Shown here piece after piece: positions 9,846 through 21,750 of a stretch of DNA of 32,000 nt (position 1 is the first letter of the stretch; each line of letters starts with the position of its first letter). The DNA lies in NCBI RefSeq assembly GCF_001457615.1, contig NZ_LN831024.1:630001-662000 (forward strand). The letters are read 5' to 3'. The DNA comes from Pseudomonas aeruginosa. Its GTDB lineage: Bacteria; Pseudomonadota; Gammaproteobacteria; Pseudomonadales; Pseudomonadaceae. The notes beneath the pieces are model-generated. The model was not told the origin of the DNA. It was given only the letters and a program-made list of their open reading frames with translations, and searched no databases. A program made the position numbers and the translations under genes.

Positions 9846-10832
9846 TCAGCAGCGGCTGGCCGCCATCTGGTAGGCGGTTTCCAGGGCGACCTGCAGGCTG
9901 CCGCTATCGATGCGGCCGCTTCCGGCCAGGTCGAGCGCGGTACCGTGGTCGACAGAGGTGCGGATGATCGGCAGGCCGAGGGTCACGTTCACGGCGGCAC
10001 CGAAGCCCTTGTACTTGAGCACGGGGAGACCCTGGTCGTGGTACATCGCCAGCACCGCGTCGCAATGCTCCAGGTGCTTGGGAGTGAACAGGGTGTCGGC
10101 CGGCAGCGGGCCGACCAGGTCGAGGCCTTCGCCACGCAGGCGCTCGAGGCAGGGTTCGATCACCTCGATCTCTTCCCGGCCCAGGTGACCGCCTTCGCCG
10201 GCGTGCGGGTTGAGTCCGCAGACCAGGATGCGCGGATGGGCGATGCCGAACTTGTCGCGCAGGTCGGCGTGGAGGATGCGCGCGACCCGGGACAGGCGCT
10301 CGTCGCTAATGGCGTCGGCGACCTCGCGCAGCGGCAGGTGGGTGGTCGCCAGGGCCACGCGCAGGCCACGAGTGGCCAGCATCATCACCACCTGGGCGGT
10401 GTGGGTGAGGTCGGCGAGGAATTCGGTATGGCCGGAAAAGGGGATGCCGGCTTCGTTGATCACGCCCTTGTGCACCGGTGCGGTGATCATCCCGGCGAAG
10501 TGCCCGTCGAGGCAGCCCTGGCCGGCGCGGGTCAGGGTTTCCAGGACGTAGGCGGCGTTGGCTCGGTCCAATTGCCCGGGCCGGACCGGGGCGGCCAGGG
10601 GCGTATCCCATACGTACAGTTGGCCGGCCTTGGCCGGTCGCTCTGGCCAGGCGGCCGGGGAAACGTCCTTAAGGTCGATCGCCAGGCCCAGTTGGCCGGC
10701 GCGCTCTTGCAGGAGCGTGCGGCTGGCGATGGCGATCAGGGGGTGGGGCTGGGCGGAGCGGGCGAGCAGCAGGCACAGATCGGGTCCGATACCTGCCGGC
10801 TCGCCTGGAGTGAGCGCGAAGCGCAGGCTCAC
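9846..10832 (-). CDS. pdxA: 4-hydroxythreonine-4-phosphate dehydrogenase PdxA
   Basis: 328 aa. [14 protein letters not shown]-terminal motif and the HTEF and SVDHGTA motifs. GTG start at 10830-10832 overlaps the surA stop (GTGA). Confidence 0.95.
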   Translation of the reverse strand: MSLRFALTPGEPAGIGPDLCLLLARSAQPHPLIAIASRTLLQERAGQLGLAIDLKDVSPAAWPERPAKAGQLYVWDTPLAAPVRPGQLDRANAAYVLETLTRAGQGCLDGHFAGMITAPVHKGVINEAGIPFSGHTEFLADLTHTAQVVMMLATRGLRVALATTHLPLREVADAISDERLSRVARILHADLRDKFGIAHPRILVCGLNPHAGEGGHLGREEIEVIEPCLERLRGEGLDLVGPLPADTLFTPKHLEHCDAVLAMYHDQGLPVLKYKGFGAAVNVTLGLPIIRTSVDHGTALDLAGSGRIDSGSLQVALETAYQMAASRC

Positions 10833-12121
10833 TGCTTGATTTCCACGTAGGCCTCGTCGCGGATCTGCCGCAGCCAGGCTTGCAGTTCCTCGTCGTACTT
10901 GCGGTTGCGCAGTACGCTTACCGCCTGCTGCTCGCGGAACTTCTCGCTGCTGTCGGTGGCGCGACGGCCGAGGACCTGCAGGATGTGCCAGCCGAACTGC
11001 GAGCGGAACGGCTTGGACAGCTCGCCCTGCGGGGTATCGTTCATCACCTGGCGGAACTCGGGCACCAGGGCTTCCGGATCGATCCAGTTCAGGTCGCCGC
11101 CGTTGAGGGCGGAACCCGGATCTTCGGAGAAGCTCTTCGCCAGTTCGCCGAAGTCTTCCCCGGACTGGATGCGCTCGTACAGCTTCTGCGCCAGCTTCTC
11201 GGTCTCCGCTTCGCTGCGGATCTCGCTGGGCTTGAGCAGGATATGGCGGACATGCACTTCGTCACGGACCATCTTGCTGCCGCCGCGCTTCTCTTCCAGC
11301 TTGAGGATGATGAAGCCGCCGGGGGTGCGGACAGGCTCGGTGACGTCGCCGACGGCCAGGGAGCCGATCATGCTGTCGAACGGCTGCGGCAACTGGGCGG
11401 CCTTGCGCCAGCCGATCTCGCCGCCTTCCAGGGCGTTATCGCCGGCCGAGCGGGAAATCGCCAGTTGGCCGAAGTCGGCGCCCTGCTTGAGCTGCTGGTA
11501 AAGCTCCTGGGCCTGCCTTGCGGCGGCCTGGATCACGTCCGAGGACGCGGCTTCCGGCACCGGGATCAGGATATTGGCCAGGCGGTACTCTTCGGAAAGC
11601 TGGATCTTGCCCATGTCCGAGGCGAGGAAGTTCTTCACCTCCTGCTCGCTGACCTGGATGCGCTCGGCGACCCGGCGCTGGCGCACACGGCTGATCACCA
11701 TCTCGCGACGGACCTGCTCGCGGGCGTCGGCGTAGGACAGGCCGTCGCGGGTGAGGGCGGCCTGGAACTGCTCCAGGCTCATGCCGTTGCGCTGGGCGAT
11801 GGTGCCCATCGCCTGGTTCAGCTCCTCGTCGGAGATGCGGATGCCGGAGCGGTCGCCGATCTGCTGCTGGATGTTCTCGATGATCAGGCGTTCCAGCACC
11901 TGCTGGGTCAGCACGTGCTCGGGCGGCAGCGGCGCACCGCGCTTGAGCAGGGTCTGGTGCACTTCACGCAGGCGCTGGTCGAGCTGGCTCTGCATGATCA
12001 CATCGTTGTCGACGATGGCGACGACCCGGTCCAGTGGTACCACTTCGGCATGCGCGAAGGAGCAAAGGAGTGCTGCGCCCAATGCAAGGGGGCGCAGCCG
12101 GTTACATAGCTTGATCTTCAC
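10829..12121 (-). CDS. surA: Periplasmic chaperone / peptidyl-prolyl isomerase SurA
   Basis: 430 aa. Signal peptide ending AHA|E. Two parvulin PPIase-like segments. GTG start at 12119-12121 lies 20 nt inside the lptD 3' end; no in-frame ATG occurs before the signal peptide. Confidence 0.93.
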   Translation of the reverse strand: MKIKLCNRLRPLALGAALLCSFAHAEVVPLDRVVAIVDNDVIMQSQLDQRLREVHQTLLKRGAPLPPEHVLTQQVLERLIIENIQQQIGDRSGIRISDEELNQAMGTIAQRNGMSLEQFQAALTRDGLSYADAREQVRREMVISRVRQRRVAERIQVSEQEVKNFLASDMGKIQLSEEYRLANILIPVPEAASSDVIQAAARQAQELYQQLKQGADFGQLAISRSAGDNALEGGEIGWRKAAQLPQPFDSMIGSLAVGDVTEPVRTPGGFIILKLEEKRGGSKMVRDEVHVRHILLKPSEIRSEAETEKLAQKLYERIQSGEDFGELAKSFSEDPGSALNGGDLNWIDPEALVPEFRQVMNDTPQGELSKPFRSQFGWHILQVLGRRATDSSEKFREQQAVSVLRNRKYDEELQAWLRQIRDEAYVEIKQ

Positions 12122-14891
12122 GTTGACGATAACCTTGGATGCCTTTGTCGAGGAACATTTCCGTCTTGTTGCCTACGATGCCGCCGAGGCCCTTCAGGAC
12201 GATCTGCAGGAAGATGCCGCGGTCGGCTTTTTCATTTTGGTTGAGGAAGGCATCGTCATCCACGTCCAGCCAGTAGCGGTTGATCAGACGCAGCTTCCAG
12301 CAGCAGCTGTCGTATTCGAAGCCACCGAAGGCCTCTAGGGTCCGGTTCTTGTTGTAGTCGTACTGCCAGCGGGCGAGCACGGACCATTGCGGCACCAGCG
12401 GCCAGATGACGGAGAAATCATGCTGCTTGATGATGTCGTTCTCGCGGCCATACTCGAAGCGGCCCGTAGAGCTGTTGAAGCGGCGGGAGTCCTCGCGGTA
12501 GCGATAGCCTGCGTTGACCACCTTGTTCGGATTGTCTTCCGGCTGGTAATGGAACATCGCACTGCCAGACTCGGTGCGGCTCGTGTTGGGGTTCCAGTTA
12601 AAGTCGGAACTGACTCTCCAGTCGCGATTGAAGCGATATTGGCCCATCAAGGCATAAGGAGAGCGCCAGCTATCTGTATCCGGGTCTTTCAGGTCCAGAT
12701 TGGGATTTTTGCTTCTCATGAGCGCCAGATCTTTTTCAGATAGACCTGGAAGCTGAACACGACGGTCGCGGAAGTAATAAATTTGCCCTGCACTCAAACT
12801 TGCACGTTCGAATCCATTGGATTCGATGAAACGGGTGGTTACACCAAGAGAGAGTTGATTGGCATCACCGATACGGTCACGACCGGAGAAGCGGTTTTCC
12901 CTCCATAGGGAGTCGTAGCTGAACGAAGGTTCACTGGTGTCGAATACCGGGATGTTCTCCTGATCCTTGTATGGAACGTAGAGATACATCGCCCTTGGCT
13001 CCAGGGTTTGTCGGAATTGCGTACCGGCTAAGGTGGTGTCGCGATCAAAGTACAGCCCGCTATCGACCTTAACCAGAGGCAATGAACGATCTTGGCTGCT
13101 ATCGAAGGTCTCGTCATAGGTCGTGAGAGTGCGCTTGCCCTGGCTGTCCAGATCCAAATCATATTTGGTGTACAGGTACTTCAAGGTCGGCGTCAGGTAA
13201 CCCCAACTGCGGGTCATCGGTAGGCTCATGCCGGGTTCGAGATGTACACGGTCGCCGGTGGAGCGTGCCAGGCCTTGTAGATAGGCGTCCGGGCGACGGC
13301 CCCACTCGCTGCCGTCGTCGTTCAGGTAAATATTATCGTCCAAATCCCGGTCGAAGCGGACGAACTCGGTGCTGTAGTTGAACTTCACACCGCCAGGTTC
13401 GTAAGGCAAGAAACCATCGAAAGTGATCTGTGGCAGACGCTCGTAAGGCGTTACATCGGTGGTGGTCGCCAACTGGTACGCCTGCGCATTCAAGCGGCCA
13501 GTAAAGGTGTCCCCGCGATAGGTCAGAGTGCCCCGTTGGTTGACGTAAGTAGTACTGCCTACACCCAGGTCAGTATCCAGATCCTGGAAGTAATAGGGAT
13601 CGCTGATCCGTGTGTAGTCGACCTCGGCCAGCCAGCGCGAATCGAGGCCGGTGGTGTTCTTGAGGCCGTAGAGCCAGCGGTCCTTGCTGTAGTCCGGGAA
13701 GTTCTCGCGGTGATCGTCCTTGTCGTTCAGGTAGGCGGCGTTGACGGTGCCTTCGCTGCTGTGGGTCAGGTAGCGGAACTCGCCTTCCAGCATCATGCCG
13801 CGCTTGGCCATGTAGCGCGGGTACAGCGTGGCGTCGTAGTTCGGCGCCAGGTTGAAGTAGTACGGGGTGACCAGGGTGAAGCCGGTGTCGCTGGTGCTGC
13901 TGAAGCTCGGCGGCAGGAAGCCGGACTGGCGGCGGTCGTCGATCGGGAAATAGATGTACGGGGTGTAGAACACCGGGAAATCTTTGACCCGGAGGGTCGC
14001 GTTGGTCGCGGTGCCGAAGCCGGTGGCCGGGTTCAGCTTGACGTTGTTGCCCTTCAGGGTCCAGGCGTTGCTGCTCGGTTCGCAGCGGGTGTAGGTGCCA
14101 TCCTTGAGCATGATGATGGCGTTCTCGCTGCGCTTGGCGTAGAGCGCGCTGCCGCGGGCATGGGCCTTGTGGATCACGTACTCGGCGTTGTCGACCTGGG
14201 CCTCGCCGTTGTCCAGCTGGACCTGGGCGTGGTCGCCGACCACCAGCATGCCCTTGTCGCGCAGCTTGACGTTGCCGACCAGTTCGCCGCGGTTTTCCAG
14301 CTGGTGCAGGTTGGCCTCGTCGCCTTCCACCTGCATGCTGCCCTGGCGCAGGACCACGTCACCGGCGAGGGTGGCGATCTGTTTTTCCTGCTCGTAGCGC
14401 GAAGCCTTGGCGGATACGTAGGTCGGGCTCTCGTCGCTGGGCGCGCCGTCATCCATGCCCGGACGCACCGGCTCGATGTAGGAGCCGCCGCAATAGGGGC
14501 CGATTTCCGCCAACTGGGCGGCGGTCAGTTTTTCCCGAGGAATCCAGTCGAGGTGCGAGTAGTCCGCACTGCGGGACTTCAGCGCGCGACCGCCGGACTC
14601 GGTGACCAGGCGCTGGGTCGGCTCTGCCTCGACGGTTTCGCCTCCGCTGCCGGATACACTGGTGCCCGCCGCGGCGGTGCTGACCGAGGTCGCGGTATGC
14701 GCCGGGCGCGGTGGCAGGTTGGCATTGGCGTTCTGCAGCGGGGAGCAATCCCAGCCGCCGGTGGCCGATACCTTGCAGTCGAACTGATCGGCGGCCTGTA
14801 CAGTCAATGCTGCGACCGGCTGCAGAGCCAGCAGGCTGCCGGTGACCAGCAGGGGAAACTTTCTTCGAAACACGAGGGATTTCACTGCCAT
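12102..14891 (-). CDS. lptD: LPS-assembly outer-membrane protein LptD (OstA/Imp)
   Basis: The start is trimmed to the ATG at 14889-14891 ([33 protein letters not shown], a signal peptide). 929 aa. OstA N-terminal jelly-roll plus a large C-terminal beta-barrel. Has the long Pseudomonas-type N-terminal insertion. Syntenic with surA-pdxA-ksgA. Confidence 0.95.
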   Translation of the reverse strand: MAVKSLVFRRKFPLLVTGSLLALQPVAALTVQAADQFDCKVSATGGWDCSPLQNANANLPPRPAHTATSVSTAAAGTSVSGSGGETVEAEPTQRLVTESGGRALKSRSADYSHLDWIPREKLTAAQLAEIGPYCGGSYIEPVRPGMDDGAPSDESPTYVSAKASRYEQEKQIATLAGDVVLRQGSMQVEGDEANLHQLENRGELVGNVKLRDKGMLVVGDHAQVQLDNGEAQVDNAEYVIHKAHARGSALYAKRSENAIIMLKDGTYTRCEPSSNAWTLKGNNVKLNPATGFGTATNATLRVKDFPVFYTPYIYFPIDDRRQSGFLPPSFSSTSDTGFTLVTPYYFNLAPNYDATLYPRYMAKRGMMLEGEFRYLTHSSEGTVNAAYLNDKDDHRENFPDYSKDRWLYGLKNTTGLDSRWLAEVDYTRISDPYYFQDLDTDLGVGSTTYVNQRGTLTYRGDTFTGRLNAQAYQLATTTDVTPYERLPQITFDGFLPYEPGGVKFNYSTEFVRFDRDLDDNIYLNDDGSEWGRRPDAYLQGLARSTGDRVHLEPGMSLPMTRSWGYLTPTLKYLYTKYDLDLDSQGKRTLTTYDETFDSSQDRSLPLVKVDSGLYFDRDTTLAGTQFRQTLEPRAMYLYVPYKDQENIPVFDTSEPSFSYDSLWRENRFSGRDRIGDANQLSLGVTTRFIESNGFERASLSAGQIYYFRDRRVQLPGLSEKDLALMRSKNPNLDLKDPDTDSWRSPYALMGQYRFNRDWRVSSDFNWNPNTSRTESGSAMFHYQPEDNPNKVVNAGYRYREDSRRFNSSTGRFEYGRENDIIKQHDFSVIWPLVPQWSVLARWQYDYNKNRTLEAFGGFEYDSCCWKLRLINRYWLDVDDDAFLNQNEKADRGIFLQIVLKGLGGIVGNKTEMFLDKGIQGYRQREDQAM

Positions 14892-14964
14892 CTTGTTAAT
14901 CCGGGCTTCCTGCGCGCCATCGGCCCGGTGGGCCGCACGCCTCTCGATGGGCTGAAAAAGATGC

Positions 14965-14973
14965 TGGATAATA
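14965..14973 (+). promoter_or_regulatory. Candidate extended -10 element (TGgATAATA) for amgK-murU, inside the only AT-rich patch of the lptD/amgK divergent region
   Basis: TG at 14965-14966 and ATAATA at 14968-14973, about 45 nt upstream of the amgK ATG. Flanked by the 5-bp inverted repeat ATGCT/AGCAT. The complementary TATTAT could serve lptD. No convincing -35 for either. Confidence 0.3.
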
Positions 14974-15017
14974 AAGCATGACCTGCGCAACGGCTAGGGC
15001 CGTGGAGAACCCCGTAA

Positions 15018-16705
<1,688 letters not shown>

Positions 16706-16706
16706 G

Positions 16707-17465
16707 ATGCTCTGGCCCGCTACGCTGATCGGAGCCGGAGCCGGCTGGGCCCTGGCCAGCATCCCCGGCGCCCTGCTCGGCGGCCTGCTGGGGCAACTGC
16801 TGGACCGCAGGTTGCGCCTGGAGTCCTGGCGCGGCCTGCTGGCGCGCTTGCGCGGGCGGGCGGTGAACGATGAGGACGACCTGCTGTTCCAGTTGCTCGG
16901 CTATCTGGCCAAGAGCGGCGGGCGGGTGGAGGAAATGCATATCCGCCAGGCGCGCGAGGAGATGGCGTTGCGCAAGCTCGATAGGCGAGCCCAGCGGCGT
17001 GCCATCGCGTCCTTCGGCAAGGGCAAGGCCGGCATCGCCCATCTGCAGGAGGAGGTCGCGCGTCTGAAAGGCGAACGTGCGGAGGCAGTATTGCTCGCCT
17101 GCTGGCGGATGGCCTGGGCTGGCGGCGTGCTCAGCCAGTCGGCGCGACAACTGGTGTTGCAATGGGGGCGCTGGCTGGGTTGGTCGGCGGAGCGAACGGA
17201 ACGCTTGTCGGCGCGGGTCATGCCGAAGCCCACGCGCGCTGTCGCCCGGGATAGCTACCGTGAGGCCCTGCTGCTGCTCGGCGTGGAGGCCGGAAGCGAG
17301 CCGGCGCTGATCAAACGCGCCTATCGCAAGCTGATCAGCCAGCATCATCCGGACAAACTGGCGGGAGCCGGCGCCAGCGTCGAGCGCGTGCGTGCGGCTA
17401 CCGAGAAAACCCGTGAATTGCAGGCGGCCTACGCCCTGGTCCGAGAGCGTGAGGGGTTCCGCTGA
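16707..17465 (+). CDS. djlA: DjlA-like membrane-anchored J-domain co-chaperone
   Basis: The start is trimmed to the ATG at 16707, 1 nt after the murU stop. 252 aa. N-terminal TM helix (MLWPATLIGAGAGWALASIPGALLGGLLG) and a C-terminal J domain with HPD (AYRKLISQHHPDKL). Confidence 0.8.
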   Translation: MLWPATLIGAGAGWALASIPGALLGGLLGQLLDRRLRLESWRGLLARLRGRAVNDEDDLLFQLLGYLAKSGGRVEEMHIRQAREEMALRKLDRRAQRRAIASFGKGKAGIAHLQEEVARLKGERAEAVLLACWRMAWAGGVLSQSARQLVLQWGRWLGWSAERTERLSARVMPKPTRAVARDSYREALLLLGVEAGSEPALIKRAYRKLISQHHPDKLAGAGASVERVRAATEKTRELQAAYALVREREGFR

Positions 17466-18527
17466 TCACTCCGCAGGTTTCTGCGCATCGGCCTGCAGGT
17501 GAAGGCTGAGCCAGCCGCGGATTCGTCGGTACAGTTGCTCCTGCTCCGCCTTGGGGTCGGCCGGTAGCGCCTGCATCGCGATTTGTACGTAGGCCGGGTG
17601 TTTCTGCCGCTTGCCGGCCTGCATGCGCAGCCTGGCCGCCTCGCGGTCGGCGCGGGCGTCGCGGTAATAGAAGTCGCCGGTCGCCAGTTTCAGCTTCGGC
17701 ACCATATCTTCCAGCGCCGGGCGAAAATCGCGCGGTACCTCCGCGGCAACCAGCAGCAGGTTGTGGATTTCCGCAGGCTCCTTCTCCGCCAGGTAGCGTG
17801 CCGCCCAATAGGCGCCCGTGCCATGACCGAGCAGGACGACGCTTTTCGGTTCGTGCTGCAGGGCCAGGTCGATGCTCGCCTGCAGGCGCGCCATGACCCG
17901 TTCGGCGTGCGCCTTGCGCTGCTCGACCGGATCGATGGCTGGGGGAGGGGCCTGGTCCTCGCTCTGCGCCGGTTCGCCGCTGCCGGCTTGGGCGGTGCTT
18001 TCCGGCGCCGGCGCGTTGCCGCTTTCTCCTTTCACGTCAGGCTTGCTTGCGCTGTCCGCGGCGCTGGCGTCCTTGTCGGCGCTGGCGCTGGCAGCGGATT
18101 CCGCAGGGCGGGTAACCGGCGCGGTGCTCTGCGGGTCGGGCAGGGCCAGGCTCAGGGTCTGCCAGCCGGCATCCGGCAGTTTGCGCCTTAGCGGGCCGAT
18201 GGCTTGCGGCCAGTCCGGACTTTCGCCATCACCGGGAACCAGGATCACTACACCTTCGGCCTCGGCGGTGTTGGCTGGCAACCAGAGGGTGAGGAAGCTT
18301 TCGTCGCCGGCCTTGAGGATCTGCTGGCCGTCCTCCGGCAACTGGCGCTCCAGCCCCTTGGCCTCGTCCTGGCTGCGCTCGCTGACCGCCGGGCGTTCCA
18401 CGGGGGCCGGCGGCTGGTCCTTGGCGGCCTCCTCTTCGGCATGAACGAAAGCCGGCGGCAGGAAAGCGGCGGCCAATAGCAGCGGCAGCAGGGCGGAGGG
18501 CTTCGGCAGTAGAGAGAAGGCCGGCAT
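17466..18527 (-). CDS. Secreted alpha/beta-hydrolase-fold-like protein (DUF3530-like), function unknown
   Basis: 353 aa. Signal peptide (…FVHA|EEE). A central Ala/Ser/Pro/Asp-rich low-complexity linker. The C-terminal region contains VVLLGHGTGAYWAARY, resembling a nucleophile elbow but without Ser. ATG at 18525-18527. Confidence 0.7.
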   Translation of the reverse strand: MPAFSLLPKPSALLPLLLAAAFLPPAFVHAEEEAAKDQPPAPVERPAVSERSQDEAKGLERQLPEDGQQILKAGDESFLTLWLPANTAEAEGVVILVPGDGESPDWPQAIGPLRRKLPDAGWQTLSLALPDPQSTAPVTRPAESAASASADKDASAADSASKPDVKGESGNAPAPESTAQAGSGEPAQSEDQAPPPAIDPVEQRKAHAERVMARLQASIDLALQHEPKSVVLLGHGTGAYWAARYLAEKEPAEIHNLLLVAAEVPRDFRPALEDMVPKLKLATGDFYYRDARADREAARLRMQAGKRQKHPAYVQIAMQALPADPKAEQEQLYRRIRGWLSLHLQADAQKPAE

Positions 18528-18678
18528 TGGAAATTCCCGATAGACAATTCAGAAGGCAGCCTAAACCCAGAGCACTTCTTTGTCAGGCCGAGCCTTCGCA
18601 TGGTTCGCCGGTCGCGCTCGCGGTAAGGTATGCCCGCTTTTCCTTCCGTTGCGGTGTATTCCGTGGAGTGTCGCCGGC

Positions 18679-21072
18679 ATGTTGCGTCGTTGCTGTCTGC
18701 TCTTCTTCTGTCTGCTGTTGAGCCTGCCCGTGCGAGCGGAGGAGTCGGTCGCCTTGCCGCTGACGGCGGAGCTACGGACCTGGCTGGCGGAGCATCGGGA
18801 ATTGCGCGTCGGGGTGGTCACCGAAGCGCCCTATGCCCAGTACGACCGCCGCCTGCAACAGTATTCCGGGGCCAACGTGGAGCTGATGGGCTGGCTGGCC
18901 ACGGCAATGCAGGTGACCTTGCGGTGGCAGGGCTATCCCGACCAGGCGGCGCTCGACGATGCCCTGCGCGCTGGGCGCGTGGATATCGCTCCCGGCCTCA
19001 GCCAGACCCCAGCCGGGCTGCGCTTGTGGCTGTTCTCCGATCCCTACCTGCGGGTTTCCCGGCTGGTGGTGGGGAAGCGCGATGGCAGCGGCAGCGTCGA
19101 ATTGGAGCAACTGGAGCGCGATACCCGGGTTGCCGTGCGGGCCGGCAGTTCGGTAGCCGACTACCTCAGCAGCACCTATAGCGGCCTGCAATGGGGGGCG
19201 GCCGATTCCGAACGCGAGGTGCTGCGCGCCGTGCTCGCCGGACAGGCACGCTACGCGGTGATCGACGAAGCGCAACTCAGCCGCCTGACTCGCGAGCCGG
19301 AGTTCGCCGAGCTAGCGGTGGTTGGCGACATCGGCTACCCGCAACTGCTACGGGTGGCGACCCGTCGCGACTGGCCGGAACTGGCGATGGTGGTCGACCA
19401 GGCGTTGCGCTCGCTGCCGCGCAAGTCCCTGGACCAGTTGCACGAGCGCTGGTTGCAACCCAAGTATCCGCGCCTCGGCGAGTCGCCGGGGTTCTGGCAG
19501 AACCTGTCGATCCTCCTCGGCCTGCTGCTGGCCGGCGCGCTGGCGGCGGTGTTCCTCCAGCGGCGCCAGCAGCATGCGCTGGAAGCCCGGCTGTACGGCG
19601 CCCGCCGCGACCTGGAGCTGCGCCAGGCGGCCGAGGAGGCGCTGCGCCTGACCCAGTTCTCCATCGACAACAGCACCCTGGGCATCCTCTGGGTCAACTG
19701 GGACAGCCGCGTACGCTACGCCAACCGCGCCGCCGAACAGATGCTCGGCCATGCCGACGGCCAACTCGTGGACCGTCCGCTGGCCGACTTCGAGCCCGGC
19801 CTGGACATGGACCGCTGGTTGAATCTTTGGCGTCGTGCGCGCAATAGCGAGGAGGGCCCGCTCAGCTTCGAGACCCGCTGCCTGCGCGCCGACGGCAGTT
19901 GGCTGCCGGCCGACGTCTCGCTTAGCTTCCTGCGCTTCGGCACGTCCGAGTATCTGGTGGTGTTCCTCAGCGACGTCACCGAGCGCCGCCGTGCCCGCGA
20001 GGCATTGCAGGAAAGCGAGGCGCGGATGAAGGGCATCGCCTCCAACGTGCCGGGCATGGTCTTCCGCCTGGAGCGCCCGCGGGCCGGCGCGTTTTCCGAC
20101 TTCGCCTATATCAGCGAGGGCAGCGAGGCGCTGGTCGGCTACAGCGCTCGCGAACTGATCGAGAGCGGCCGCGGCATTCGTGGCCTGGTCCATCCCGACG
20201 ACCGCGAGCGCTACTGGTCGAGCCAGATGGCTGCCCTCGACGAGAATCGCGACTGGCATTGGCAGGGCCGCATCCTCACCCGCCAGGGCGAATTGCGCTG
20301 GGCCGACATCAAGGCTTCGGCGCGCTGTTTCGAGGATGGTCGCGCGGTCTGGGACGGGGTGGTCTGGGACATCACCGCGAACAAGCAGATCGAACTCGAA
20401 CTCGGCGAGTCGCGCGCCCAGCTCCGCGAGCTGTCGGCGCACCTGGAGTCGGTGCGGGAGGAGGAGAAGGCGCGTATCGCCCGCGAGGTCCATGATGAGC
20501 TGGGCCAGGTGCTGACGGTGCTGAAGCTGGAAACCTCGATGTGCGAGCTGGCCTATGCCGATGCCCAGGAGGGCCTGCGCGAACGCCTGGGCAACATGAA
20601 AAAGCTGATCGCCCAGTTGTTCCAGCTGGTGCGCGACGTGGCTACCGCACTGCGCCCGCCGATCCTCGACGCCGGAATCGGCTCGGCGGTGGAGTGGCAG
20701 GCGCGGCGCTTCGAGGCGCGCACGCAAATTCCCTGCCTGGTGGAGGTGCCGGAGAACTCGCCGCAGTTGGTCGACGCCAAGGCTATCGGCCTGTTCCGCA
20801 TCCTCCAGGAGGCGTTGACCAATGTCATGCGGCATGCCGAGGCGCATACTGTGCAACTGCGTCTGCTGCGCGAGGGCGACGAGCTGTGCCTGAGCGTCAG
20901 CGACGACGGTCGCGGGTTCGATGTTGCCACGGTGGGGCGTGGCAGTTCCTTCGGCCTGGTCGGCATGCGTGAGCGGGTGCTGATGATGGGCGGTACGCTG
21001 GACATCGACAGTGCCCCCGGCGAGGGCACCACGCTCAGCGTGAGGATTCCGCTGGGCGTCGCGGGCCCGTGA
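18679..21072 (+). CDS. agtS: Hybrid-architecture sensor histidine kinase: periplasmic family-3 solute-binding domain, TM, two PAS domains, HisKA_3/HATPase (AgtS)
   Basis: The ATG at 18679 gives the signal/TM-like N-terminus MLRRCCLLFFCLLLSLPVRA. The track start at 18580 is a TTG with an implausible extension. H-box EEKARIAREVHDELGQ (NarX/DegS type). ATPase motifs DDGRGF and GLVGMRER. 797 aa. The symbol comes from memory of the PAO1 annotation. Confidence 0.88.
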   Translation: MLRRCCLLFFCLLLSLPVRAEESVALPLTAELRTWLAEHRELRVGVVTEAPYAQYDRRLQQYSGANVELMGWLATAMQVTLRWQGYPDQAALDDALRAGRVDIAPGLSQTPAGLRLWLFSDPYLRVSRLVVGKRDGSGSVELEQLERDTRVAVRAGSSVADYLSSTYSGLQWGAADSEREVLRAVLAGQARYAVIDEAQLSRLTREPEFAELAVVGDIGYPQLLRVATRRDWPELAMVVDQALRSLPRKSLDQLHERWLQPKYPRLGESPGFWQNLSILLGLLLAGALAAVFLQRRQQHALEARLYGARRDLELRQAAEEALRLTQFSIDNSTLGILWVNWDSRVRYANRAAEQMLGHADGQLVDRPLADFEPGLDMDRWLNLWRRARNSEEGPLSFETRCLRADGSWLPADVSLSFLRFGTSEYLVVFLSDVTERRRAREALQESEARMKGIASNVPGMVFRLERPRAGAFSDFAYISEGSEALVGYSARELIESGRGIRGLVHPDDRERYWSSQMAALDENRDWHWQGRILTRQGELRWADIKASARCFEDGRAVWDGVVWDITANKQIELELGESRAQLRELSAHLESVREEEKARIAREVHDELGQVLTVLKLETSMCELAYADAQEGLRERLGNMKKLIAQLFQLVRDVATALRPPILDAGIGSAVEWQARRFEARTQIPCLVEVPENSPQLVDAKAIGLFRILQEALTNVMRHAEAHTVQLRLLREGDELCLSVSDDGRGFDVATVGRGSSFGLVGMRERVLMMGGTLDIDSAPGEGTTLSVRIPLGVAGP

Positions 21073-21102
21073 CAAGAACAACCGCCGGCAAGGCGGAACA
21101 GC

Positions 21103-21750
21103 GTGAGGCAGCAAAGAGTGGTGATCCGAGTCCTGGTCGCTGAAGACCACACGATTGTCAGGGAAGGCATCAAGCAACTGATTGGCATGGCCAAGGACCT
21201 GCAGGTGGTCGGCGAGGCCACCAATGGCGAGCAGTTGCTGGAAACCCTGCGCGGAACGCCTTGCGAGGTGGTCCTGCTGGATATCTCCATGCCCGGCGTC
21301 AATGGCCTCGAGGCGATTCCGCGGATTCGCGCGCTGAACGAGCCGCCGGCGATCCTGGTGCTGTCGATGCACGACGAGGCGCAGATGGCCGCCCGCGCCC
21401 TGAAGATAGGTGCTGCCGGCTATGCCACCAAGGACAGCGATCCGGCATTGCTGCTCACCGCGATCCGCAGGGTCGCCGGCGGCGGACGCTACATCGACCC
21501 GGACCTTGCCGATCGGATGGTCTTCGAGGTCGGCCTGACCGATTCGCGTCCGCCCCATGCGCTGCTCTCCGAGCGCGAGTTCTCGGTGTTCGAGCGGCTG
21601 GTGCAGGGCGCCAACGTCAACGAGATCGCCCAGCAACTGGCGGTCAGCAACAAGACCATCAGTACCCACAAGGCACGCCTGATGCAGAAGCTCAACGCGC
21701 ATTCGGTAGCTGACCTGGTGCGCTACGCGATGGAGCACCGCCTGCTCTGA
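21103..21750 (+). CDS. agtR: NarL/FixJ-family response regulator (REC + LuxR-type HTH), AgtR
   Basis: 215 aa. REC domain (VLVAEDH...DISMPG) and HTH (LSEREFSVFERLVQGANVNEIAQQLAVSNKTISTHK). The annotated start is the GTG at 21103; the in-frame GTG at 21118 is an alternative. Confidence 0.88.
   Translation: MRQQRVVIRVLVAEDHTIVREGIKQLIGMAKDLQVVGEATNGEQLLETLRGTPCEVVLLDISMPGVNGLEAIPRIRALNEPPAILVLSMHDEAQMAARALKIGAAGYATKDSDPALLLTAIRRVAGGGRYIDPDLADRMVFEVGLTDSRPPHALLSEREFSVFERLVQGANVNEIAQQLAVSNKTISTHKARLMQKLNAHSVADLVRYAMEHRLL

Noticed and set aside
18580-18678. Upstream TTG start that would extend AgtS by 33 aa (830-aa track ORF). Similar N-terminal extensions appear in the track for ycgB (606 aa), yeaG (687 aa), lptD (962 aa), djlA (277 aa), agtA (395 aa), agtC (447 aa), rpe and trpE.
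   Set aside because: The extensions are Arg/Pro/Gly-rich and overlap upstream genes or intergenic hairpins. They precede internal ATGs that have proper RBS spacing and N-termini matching known orthologs or signal peptides.
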